NCBI GenBank assembly: GCA_910579075.1
Contig: CAJTSV010000001.1
Span: 11,304 to 75,303, forward strand
Direction: 5' to 3'
Source of the DNA: an uncultured Eubacterium sp.
GTDB lineage: Bacteria; Bacillota; Clostridia; Lachnospirales; Lachnospiraceae
Length of the DNA: 64,000 bases
The notes under the pieces were generated by a model that was given only the letters and a program-made list of their open reading frames with translations, had not been told where the DNA came from and ran no database searches. Shown one piece after another: positions 55,908-63,705 of the stretch. Position numbers and translations under genes: made by a program. Positions within the stretch are counted from its first letter, which is position 1, and each line of letters opens with the position of its first letter.

Positions 55908-56864
55908 CTATTCTTCGATTGGTGCCATGCGCGTCTTCATATAGTTTTCCATCCATTCCTCGGAAGCGGTTTCAAACGTGCAGTGTCCATCCTCTGTGCG
56001 TGTTACAAGGTAAACCGTCGGTTCCTGTTTTTCTGTAACAACGGCAAAGGAAAAGCCTTCTATGTTTGTCGCAACGCCCCATTCTCCCTGCGGATTCATG
56101 GCTATCAGGGAAAGGTCGCCGGCCTGGCCCCTTCTTTCCTTAAGCTGCGCATCCAGGTAATTGACCACTGTCTCGCAGGCTTTTTGCGGATGCATGCCTT
56201 CGCCCATCAGGCGCACGATTTCATAGGAAATGCATCCCTTCATCAGGTCTTCCCCGAGCCCGGTCGCACTGGCTGCGCCGCGCCTGCTGTCTGCATAAAA
56301 GCCGGAGCCGGAAACCGGCGAATCACCGATACGTCCCTTTTTCTTCATAAAAAGCCCGCTCGTAGAGGTCGCAGCTGTCATTTTGCCCGACATATCCAGG
56401 CATACCATGCCTACCGTATCATGCCCGGCATACGGCCTGATTTCCTGTGCCGCTGTTTCTTTTACGCGCTTGCGGTAATGCGCCTTTGCACGGTCGGTCA
56501 GCATATTTTTGCGCTCAAAGCCTTCTTTATGGGCAAACTTTTCCGCGCCTTCCGCTGCCAGAAAGCTGTTGACCTTTTCACGGCTTAAGCGCCTTGCAAT
56601 GGAAACCGGATTGGCAAAATCCTTAATCGCACACACAGCACCAATGTCCAGCGTGTCGCCGTCCATATACGCGGCGTCCATCTCTACTTCCATTTCTTCA
56701 TTTGGCAGGCCGCCATAGCCTACCGATTTATAGTACGGAAAGTCTTCCACTTCGCGGATAGCGGTCTCTATCGCATCCCCCGCGCCTTTTTGCTCCTTTA
56801 ACAGCTTTGCACCTTTTGTAATGCCTTCCACGGCCATGCGCCAGGTTGCTATCATTCCCCACAT
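55908..56864 (-). CDS. Ntn-hydrolase of the asparaginase-2 family (glycosylasparaginase / isoaspartyl peptidase)
   Basis: GHDTVGMVCLD autoprocessing motif, with GYGGLPNEEMEVEMDAAYMDG. Confidence 0.75.
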   Translation of the reverse strand: MWGMIATWRMAVEGITKGAKLLKEQKGAGDAIETAIREVEDFPYYKSVGYGGLPNEEMEVEMDAAYMDGDTLDIGAVCAIKDFANPVSIARRLSREKVNSFLAAEGAEKFAHKEGFERKNMLTDRAKAHYRKRVKETAAQEIRPYAGHDTVGMVCLDMSGKMTAATSTSGLFMKKKGRIGDSPVSGSGFYADSRRGAASATGLGEDLMKGCISYEIVRLMGEGMHPQKACETVVNYLDAQLKERRGQAGDLSLIAMNPQGEWGVATNIEGFSFAVVTEKQEPTVYLVTRTEDGHCTFETASEEWMENYMKTRMAPIEE

Positions 56865-56880
56865 GCCAGTCCCCTCCTTG

Positions 56881-57405
56881 TTATTGAAAGCAAAATGTAT
56901 TCTTCAAGCCGCTGATATCTTCGCCGGCAGCCAGTGCCTTTGCCAGCGTGCACATATTTTTCAATGCATCGTTTAATCCCATGCCGCCCTTCTTTGGCGT
57001 TTCCACAATGGCTACCTTGTCTTTCCAGGCTGCAATGGTGTCCGCATTTTCCACGGACATGGCTGCAAATGCTTTTGCGTCCGTAGTCTGATTGATGTCA
57101 TACGCTACCTTTGCACACATGGCAGCATAGTCTGCAAAATTAAATGCCGGGCCGCACATAACCACATCCGGCTGGAGTTTTTTTACCATGGCACAGAGCT
57201 TGCGGCTTACTTCCTCCGGGTCTGCAAGATATGTCCCGTTGCCGCAGCACAGGCATGCAGCAACATTTCCATCGACCTGTTTTAAAAACGGCTCCATCAT
57301 GACTGCAGGCCCGATAACCTCTTTTTTGCCTTTAAGCGGAACCATCGTATCGTCTTTTGTTCCAAGTCCTGACTGAATCTGGTCATATATCATAATAATT
57401 TTCAT
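56881..57405 (-). CDS. GrdB N-terminal-domain-like protein (function unknown)
   Basis: The pattern IMIYDQIQSGLGTKDDTMVPL..VIGP...GPAFNFADYAAMCA resembles the N-terminal region of glycine/betaine reductase B subunits. This is from memory. Confidence 0.4.
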   Translation of the reverse strand: MKIIMIYDQIQSGLGTKDDTMVPLKGKKEVIGPAVMMEPFLKQVDGNVAACLCCGNGTYLADPEEVSRKLCAMVKKLQPDVVMCGPAFNFADYAAMCAKVAYDINQTTDAKAFAAMSVENADTIAAWKDKVAIVETPKKGGMGLNDALKNMCTLAKALAAGEDISGLKNTFCFQ

Positions 57406-57446
57406 AATCGTCACCTGTTTCCTTTCATAATTGTTTTCAGAACGAG

Positions 57447-57538
57447 GCTGTCGCACGAAGCAAAACATATACAAGATATTCTTTGAAAGAACCATTCGAA
57501 CGAACGGTATCTTGTATCATTTTTCTTAATGCAACAGC
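57447..57538. repeat. palindromic intergenic repeat, copy B (92 bp)
   Basis: The right arm tatcttgtatcatttttcttaatgcaacagccc differs from copy A (tatcttgtatcgtttttcttaatgtgacagccc) at three positions. Confidence 0.7.
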
Positions 57539-57661
57539 CCCGGCTATACGTGAAAGCCTCTGTCAGACCTTCCTCCAGCTCATTCATGCTGTAAATCCGT
57601 CTCAGGCACGCCAGCCCGATTCATCTGCTGCAGGCTTTTGCCGTCCTGATTCCGGCACTTT

Positions 57662-58304
57662 TTACAGGTCGTCGAACGAAAGGTCGTCAAAGTCAATATC
57701 ATCGTCATTTTTGCTTTCCACAGCCTTTGCTTCGTCATCCAGATACTGTTTATCCATCATCTTGATAAACGGCATGTAAATAAATACGCCGAGAATCAAA
57801 AGCAGCAGCTGCAGCACTGCTCCCTGCCATCCGGTCGCCAGGAAGCCGGAAAGTACAACCGGCATCGTCCATGGAATTGCAACACCGGAACACAGCGGAA
57901 CCAGCCCATCCAAGCGGAATGCCGGTTACGGTCACATCGCCTGAAATAATTTCATAAGGCATGATTAAAAACCAGCAGACCATGGATATGGCAGCGCCAA
58001 ATAATTTATCCACGTTCATCTGCTCTGCAAAGGAATAGCCGATGCCGACTACTGCAAAGATTGCCATAATGGTAAATGTGGCATCGGTTGGCTTTGCAAA
58101 GCAGGAAGTCCAGTTCTCGCCAAAGATTTTTCCCCAGAAATCATTCCAGCCCGGAATTGGGAAATTGGCAATCAGCAGGAAGAAAGACCCTACAATCAGC
58201 AGTGGCATGGATAGCAGGAAACCGTCACGGATAGCCATCAGATACTTATTCTTTCCGATTTTCTCAGCCAGAGGCATGAGTACGGACTCTAACTTACTTA
58301 ACAT
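57662..58304 (-). pseudogene. PTS lactose/cellobiose-family EIIC with a large internal deletion plus a frameshift
   Basis: The N-terminal ~140 aa (MLSKLESVLMPLAEKIGKNKYLMAIRDGF...) and C-terminal ~80 aa (..AIPWTMPVVLSGFLATG..) are present in different frames. About 640 nt remain, against about 1300 nt expected. Confidence 0.7.
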
Positions 58305-58364
58305 AGAATTTTCCCCCAATCCCAAATCAGATTTTATGTAAAGGCGCCCCTGCGCCTGTCTTTC

Positions 58365-58685
58365 TTATTTCGCTGACTTCATCAGCTTGATTGCTGATTT
58401 CAGTACTTTTTCTCCGTTCATCATGCCATAATCTGTCTGGTCAATGACCTGAATCGGAATGCCGGTGCTGCCGTATTTTTCTGAAATTTCATTAAAGCGG
58501 TATTTTACCTGAGGCCCTAACAGAATGACATCCGGATGTCTTTCCTCGATAATCTGCCCGATTTTTCCATCTGGAAATGCCTCCACTTCAATCGGAAGGT
58601 CATGCTCATTTGCCACGCCCTGCATTTTGCTTGCGAGCATGCTGGTTGACATCCCTGCGCTGCAGAATAAATATACACGTTTCAT
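58365..58685 (-). CDS. PTS EIIB, lactose/cellobiose family
   Basis: MKRVYLFCSAGMSTSMLASKM (active-site Cys). Confidence 0.85.
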   Translation of the reverse strand: MKRVYLFCSAGMSTSMLASKMQGVANEHDLPIEVEAFPDGKIGQIIEERHPDVILLGPQVKYRFNEISEKYGSTGIPIQVIDQTDYGMMNGEKVLKSAIKLMKSAK

Positions 58686-58777
58686 AATCTAATCCTCCTG
58701 TTTTTCATTTTTTACAGCTGCCGTGCAGCCGCTTTTTGTTTCAGATTCCTGTGCCGGGTAACTTCCGGATTTCTGAT

Positions 58778-59113
58778 TTAAGCTTCCTGCTTTTTTTCCA
58801 GCTCTGCTATGCGCTCATAGGCCGCAATCATTTCCTCAGCAATGATTTTAAAGCCTTCCGCACTCATCAGCTGGTCTTCTGCGTGAATCAGAATGAGCGA
58901 GCCGCCGACTGCTTCTCCCTGGGCTTCTTTCTGTATCAGCCCGAAATGCGCCTCGTGTCCAATCAGAAACTGTTTCTTTCCTTCTTCGATGCATTCCCGT
59001 GCACCTTCAAAGTCCCCTTGTTTTGCCTTCTGGATTGCTTCGATGTAACTCGAACGCGCCGCGCCTACATTCGAAATAATCTGAAAGCAGCTTGTTTCTA
59101 AATCTTCTCCCAT
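58778..59113 (-). CDS. PTS EIIA, lactose/cellobiose family
   Basis: IISNVGAARSSYIEAIQKAKQGDFEGA...LILIHAEDQLMSAE. ATG at 59113 follows AGGAGGT. Confidence 0.85.
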   Translation of the reverse strand: MGEDLETSCFQIISNVGAARSSYIEAIQKAKQGDFEGARECIEEGKKQFLIGHEAHFGLIQKEAQGEAVGGSLILIHAEDQLMSAEGFKIIAEEMIAAYERIAELEKKQEA

Positions 59114-59193
59114 AATCAATACCTCCTGTATTCTATTCTTTTTCAAAAGCTGCACCAGGGGCTCCTGCTGCACTTTTGAATGAAGCTGTCTTT

Positions 59194-59251
59194 ATTATAC
59201 CGGACAGCTTCCTTTTTTCGTGTTAAGCGTATTTCCTAGCAGCTAGGAAAT
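59194..59251 (-). promoter_or_regulatory. 21-bp palindromic operator (59231..59251) plus -10 box TATAAT (59194..59199) upstream of the PTS operon
   Basis: atttcctag-cag-ctaggaaat, then exactly 31 nt to cggTATAAT on the minus strand. The same architecture occurs at 62361..62417. Confidence 0.55.
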
Positions 59252-61174
59252 TCAGGCCATAATCCGGTCGATAAATTCCTCATAGCTGCAGGATGACACC
59301 AGCCCTGCCAGCTCCTGCGGGTGGTTGACGACATTGCTTACCCAGTCAAAGAATATTTTAATCATGCGCTCATCGCCTTCATTTGTTGCAAAAAGCATGA
59401 CCAGGCTGACATGGAAATTGCCCCAGCGTACCGGGTTTTTCAGCATCGCTACCGCAATCGTGGAGCTGCTGGCAAACGCCCCGAAGGCGTGCGGAATCGC
59501 AAATGCATTGACAAAAGAGGTCGGCGACATCTGTTCCCTTTTGAGCACGATATCCTTAAATTCCGGCTCTACAATGCCTTCCTTTTCCAGGCCGCCGCAC
59601 AGCATGGCGATTATTTCCTCCGGCGTCTCAAGGCCGACATTTTCATGAAAATGCTCCCGCCGTATCAGCCTCCCGATACAGGAGGTCAGCTCGAGCTGGA
59701 ACCGTTTTTTGTCCAGCCGGTTCAGCGCCTGGAGAATGCTCGACTCCGTCTCGGAATCGACAAACAGGCTGATAGCCACCGTCGGCACATCCAGCTTATG
59801 CTCCAGCGGAAAGGTCGTCAGTATCAGATCCGGGTCCAGCGCAGAGGCTGTTTCTTCTTCAAAATAACTGAAAATGCCAGCTACTTCCATCCGTTCCCGG
59901 AACATGTCGGATATCTTGCGGACACACATTTCGGAAAAGGTCTGGTTGTGCGGGATAATCATCACCGCCCTGTACCTGCGCACACTCTGAATCCGCTCGC
60001 TGGCACCGCCCAGGTGAAGGGCAATATAACAGGACTCCGCTTCCGGGATATAGGCTTCGAGCTTGTCCTGAAGCAGCTCCACCACATAGATGCCCATATC
60101 GTATACAAACGGGTATTTGCGCTTAATCTCCTCTGCCAGCACCTCCTGCATATGCACCTTTGCCTTCACCCGGTCGATAAGCCCGTGAATGTGTATTTTA
60201 AGCCCGGCTATCAAATCCGCGTCACTGCGGAAATCCAGCCCGAACAGGGCATTGATGCCTTCCAGCGCTTCGGTAACCAGCTTTTTTGTATTCAGCCATT
60301 TTCCGTTAAAATTCACATAATCATTGGTATAGCTGGAAGCACGCTTTCCCATAATGACCAGCGCAAACATGCCGACCTCGCTGGCCTGCACCTCAAGGTG
60401 CAGGCGTTTTGAGACACGTTCAAAAAAGGTTTTGGAAATCTGATATTCAATCGTATCTTCCAGCCCCTGGGAAGCATTCTCCATTGTTACAAAATGGGCG
60501 CAGTTCATGCGCTCAATGCTTGTACCGGCATGGAGAAGAACCATCAGGAACATGGATTCATGAATGGAATAATCATATTCTTCCAATACTTCCACAAAGA
60601 TATCCTTGACTGCAAGAAGGTCAAAGCTTTTATAAAGATTGGCAAGCAGGTTCATGTTCAGAAAATTGTCCTGCACCTCGGCTACAAGCAGGTCCCTGTA
60701 AAAGCGCCGCTTGCCGGCCTCATCGCCTTTTAAGGAAATACATTCCCTGTTACGCACAAGCTTCAGGCTGGCATAAGGCTCCAGCATCCTGCGTATGCGT
60801 TTGATATCATTGTCAATCGAATAGCCGCTGACATAAATCTGATTCTGAAGCGAGACCAGGTTCAGTTCCCTGGCCTCAAACAAAAGCTTCTGGATAATAT
60901 AAATGCACCGCGCACCCGGCGTCTGCGGAATTTCCGTTTCCGGCACCTTTTTTTCCGGTGCAAAAAGGCCCGTCCGGGCATCTTCCATCATCCGATAGCC
61001 CAGGCGCACATTCGACTCGATAGGCGGCGGTGTTATCCGTTTGTTAATGGCATCCACATCCGAGCGGATTGTCCTGTCTGAAACTCCCAGGAGCCTGGCC
61101 AGCTGCCTGCTGGTCATCCAGCCTTCCCGTTCGCAAAGCATGGCAAGCAGCTTTTCCTGTCTCACGTTCTGCAT
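59252..61174 (-). CDS. PRD-containing PTS regulator (LicR/MtlR-like: HTH, two PRDs, EIIB-like and EIIA-2-like domains)
   Basis: 640 aa. N-terminal HTH (SRQLARLLGVSDRTIRSDV). The C-terminus FAIPHAFGAF...VSLVMLFA is typical of EIIA(Mtl/Fru). Confidence 0.75.
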   Translation of the reverse strand: MQNVRQEKLLAMLCEREGWMTSRQLARLLGVSDRTIRSDVDAINKRITPPPIESNVRLGYRMMEDARTGLFAPEKKVPETEIPQTPGARCIYIIQKLLFEARELNLVSLQNQIYVSGYSIDNDIKRIRRMLEPYASLKLVRNRECISLKGDEAGKRRFYRDLLVAEVQDNFLNMNLLANLYKSFDLLAVKDIFVEVLEEYDYSIHESMFLMVLLHAGTSIERMNCAHFVTMENASQGLEDTIEYQISKTFFERVSKRLHLEVQASEVGMFALVIMGKRASSYTNDYVNFNGKWLNTKKLVTEALEGINALFGLDFRSDADLIAGLKIHIHGLIDRVKAKVHMQEVLAEEIKRKYPFVYDMGIYVVELLQDKLEAYIPEAESCYIALHLGGASERIQSVRRYRAVMIIPHNQTFSEMCVRKISDMFRERMEVAGIFSYFEEETASALDPDLILTTFPLEHKLDVPTVAISLFVDSETESSILQALNRLDKKRFQLELTSCIGRLIRREHFHENVGLETPEEIIAMLCGGLEKEGIVEPEFKDIVLKREQMSPTSFVNAFAIPHAFGAFASSSTIAVAMLKNPVRWGNFHVSLVMLFATNEGDERMIKIFFDWVSNVVNHPQELAGLVSSCSYEEFIDRIMA

Positions 61175-61192
61175 GTTCAGCTCCTTATCTGC

Positions 61193-62287
61193 TTATACCC
61201 TGCAGAAGGAAAATACCTTCCATGGTTCCACATAGTTTAACAGCACATGCTCGTATTCCGGCAGATGCCCGATTACATTCTTGCGCCCGTCATTTGGCAT
61301 GTCTTTGAGCACGATATGCAGCTCGCCCTTGTACTGCTGGTAGCCGTCATTTAAAATCACGACATCCCCGCGCTTTAAGTCATGCGTATTGTCAGCCGTC
61401 ACGGATTCATCCTTGAACGTTACCCTCGGCCAGGTCGAACGAATCATATATTCGCTCATATCGCCTCGCACAACGTGCTTCATTTCGTAATTCAGGATTT
61501 TGCTTTCTGTTTGTGTCAGCTCTTTTTCCAGAATCAGGCCAAACGTCAGAATCGCCGGATTCACTGCCGCACACGCTTCCAGCTCTGCATCCGAAGCATA
61601 GGCATTCGCTACAAGCACATCGTCTACCATTCCTGTGGCAAACAGGTGGCGTGCCTGGAAATCCATCGGCAGGCCGCGGTGCATCTCAAGCGTGCAGAGT
61701 CCTTCATTCACCGGCCACGGGCCATAGGCTCCTTCGCTGCTGCTGGATATAAAGGCAGCGACTGGCAGGTGCATGGATTTCATTTTCTCATTGCACGTGT
61801 TAAAATGCTCCAGGCTCAGTCCGGTATACTGCTGCGGATAGAAGTTGTGGCAGGTAACCAGCCTGGAGCGGTCCGGGTGATGGTCCATAATATTCTCAAT
61901 ATAGACTAACTGCGTGCTGGCATTCAGCTCAATTTTAAGCCCCTGAGGATTATAGCTCATCAGGCTTTCTTTCATGCCGTCAAATCCCTCGTCCAGCCGG
62001 ATGCCGTCTACATGCATTTCCTGAAATACAGACAGGTCGTCATACGAAATCCCCAGGCGCGAAAATACAGCCGGACTGACGTCCGGAATAATCTCCATGC
62101 CGCACTCGTGTGCCGTGTCTGCCAGCGCACGGAATTCATTTACCACTTCTTCCCTGCTTTTGTCCCCAACACTCAAAAGGCAGGTAAAAATGCGCTTGTA
62201 GCCAAGGCTTCCCGCTTTCCGGATATATGCCTGGTCTTTCTCGATTGTGGAATGCTCTGGATAGACCGATATGCCTAATCTTGCCAT
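61193..62287 (-). CDS. DUF871 / MupG-like 6-phospho-glycosidase family protein
   Basis: MARLGISVYPEHSTIEKDQAYIRKAGSLGYKRIFTCLLSV matches the family N-terminus as I remember it. ATG at 62287 follows AGAGGGGGA. Confidence 0.6.
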   Translation of the reverse strand: MARLGISVYPEHSTIEKDQAYIRKAGSLGYKRIFTCLLSVGDKSREEVVNEFRALADTAHECGMEIIPDVSPAVFSRLGISYDDLSVFQEMHVDGIRLDEGFDGMKESLMSYNPQGLKIELNASTQLVYIENIMDHHPDRSRLVTCHNFYPQQYTGLSLEHFNTCNEKMKSMHLPVAAFISSSSEGAYGPWPVNEGLCTLEMHRGLPMDFQARHLFATGMVDDVLVANAYASDAELEACAAVNPAILTFGLILEKELTQTESKILNYEMKHVVRGDMSEYMIRSTWPRVTFKDESVTADNTHDLKRGDVVILNDGYQQYKGELHIVLKDMPNDGRKNVIGHLPEYEHVLLNYVEPWKVFSFCRV

Positions 62288-62360
62288 CGTAAAATCCCCC
62301 TCTTTCTTTTTTCTGCACAAGGCTGCTTTACAGCCATATTTCGTCAGTTACTATGTATAT

Positions 62361-62417
62361 AATATACCGAATTGTCAGAAAAAATCGAGGTAAACTTATT
62401 TCCTAGCAGTTAGGAAA
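62361..62417 (-). promoter_or_regulatory. second copy of the palindromic operator (62398..62417) plus -10 box TATATT (62361..62366) upstream of the mupG-like gene
   Basis: Minus strand reads tttcctaactgctaggaaat, then 31 nt, then cggTATATT. Confidence 0.55.
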
Positions 62418-63705
62418 CGGAACTGCTGCCAGAATTATCAAAAATCCGCCTGATTTCTGAAATTTCATCAAAACCGGCTTTCGAAATGCAGATTCCCAGT
62501 TCCGGCATGGCATGGACAACCATCCCGTCTCCGATGTAAATTGCCACATGGGCAGGCGTATCATAAAAAATAAAATCTCCGGGCACTGCCTGTTCCAGGT
62601 TTTCTATTTTTGTCCCAAATTCCCGCTGCCTGGCCGAATCATGCGGAAGACTGATTCCAAAATGCCCGCATACGCTTTTGGTAAAGCCGGAGCTGTCCGT
62701 GCCTTCTGTCAGGCTGTCTTTCCCCCATGCATATGGATTGCCGGTAAACTGCAGGGCATACGAAGCGGCGGCCGCTCCCTTTTTATAAGCTTTTGGTGCA
62801 TGCACTTCAAAGGATTCCCCCGGGCTGGCATACAGCTTTTCTTTTTGAATATCCGTCTCAGGCCCCAGGCCTGCCATATATTCTGCTGCTTTTTCAAAAT
62901 CTGGTTCTGCACCGTCCGCCGGCAGCTCAAACAAAGCGTTCAGTCCCTGGTATTCCTGATTTCTGCTGATTTTTCCTGTTTCCTCATCATAGATATAAGC
63001 CTCTTTCTGATAAAATGTTCCTTCGCAAACGCACAGATACCGGTCATAGCCTGCAAAAATCCCGATATCATCACATTCTAAAAGCCTGTACAGGATGCCG
63101 TCTTCCGTGATATCTGTATAATTGCCTGACATGTCCGCGATGTTATACAAAGCCGGATTATATCCGCCAATAAGCGGGGAAACAAAAAATTCCAGCTCTC
63201 CATATGCTTCCTCAGAAGTGTCCGGCACCGGCCTGCCATCCGCGTATTCAATGGCCGCCACCGCATAAGTCCTGTCTGTGGCAATCCGGCCATTTTCTTT
63301 CCCATGCGGGTATTCCGACAGCAGCTCCCCGGATATAATGCCCAGCAGGGTAACACGGTAATCCCCGTAATTCTGCGTTTCGTTTATGATAAATGCCTGG
63401 CTGCTTAAAAATGCCTCCGCCAGCTTCCGGTCCTGTACATGCGCGGCAATATCAGACGATGACAGATATTTCCATGCCGCATATGCGGTCACGGAGCTGG
63501 TGCACAGCACTGCTGCGGCGATAGCTGCTGCAGACAGGCCCCGTTTTTTTCTTCTTATTCCCATCTTATTTTTTTCTTCTTTTATATCTTCTTTGTTTTC
63601 TGCCAGGCCTGCTGCACGGTTTAATATTTTCTGATTCAGCCAGAAATCTGCTTCTTCACATGGCGCAAGTGCCTGTCTTAATGCTTCATCCAGTTTTTTA
63701 TCCAT
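62410..63705 (-). CDS. membrane anti-sigma factor fused to an extracytoplasmic NlpC/P60 peptidoglycan endopeptidase domain
   Basis: Overlaps the ECF sigma gene by 8 nt. One TM segment (LSAAAIAAAVLCTSSVTAYAAW). C-terminus is GNPYAWGKDSLTEGTDSSGF...HVAIYIGDGMVVHA. Confidence 0.65.
   Translation of the reverse strand: MDKKLDEALRQALAPCEEADFWLNQKILNRAAGLAENKEDIKEEKNKMGIRRKKRGLSAAAIAAAVLCTSSVTAYAAWKYLSSSDIAAHVQDRKLAEAFLSSQAFIINETQNYGDYRVTLLGIISGELLSEYPHGKENGRIATDRTYAVAAIEYADGRPVPDTSEEAYGELEFFVSPLIGGYNPALYNIADMSGNYTDITEDGILYRLLECDDIGIFAGYDRYLCVCEGTFYQKEAYIYDEETGKISRNQEYQGLNALFELPADGAEPDFEKAAEYMAGLGPETDIQKEKLYASPGESFEVHAPKAYKKGAAAASYALQFTGNPYAWGKDSLTEGTDSSGFTKSVCGHFGISLPHDSARQREFGTKIENLEQAVPGDFIFYDTPAHVAIYIGDGMVVHAMPELGICISKAGFDEISEIRRIFDNSGSSSVS

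Noticed and set aside
59182-59211. Hairpin gaagctgtc..gacagcttc followed by TTTTTT on the plus strand, considered as a RAT/terminator antitermination target of the PRD regulator
   Set aside because: The T-run is on the wrong strand for the minus-strand operon. The proposed -10 box lies in the loop, so the hairpin would not be fully transcribed. The regulator also has a DNA-binding HTH (LicR/MtlR type) rather than a BglG-type RNA-binding CAT domain.
59321-60412. 363-aa plus-strand ORF (and similar ones at 54669..55463, 55983..56588, 61382..61909 and 62512..63081)
   Set aside because: All are antisense to clearly identified minus-strand genes in the higher-GC flank. They are R/H/C/F-rich with no motifs. 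Long antisense ORFs like these are typical of GC-richer coding DNA.
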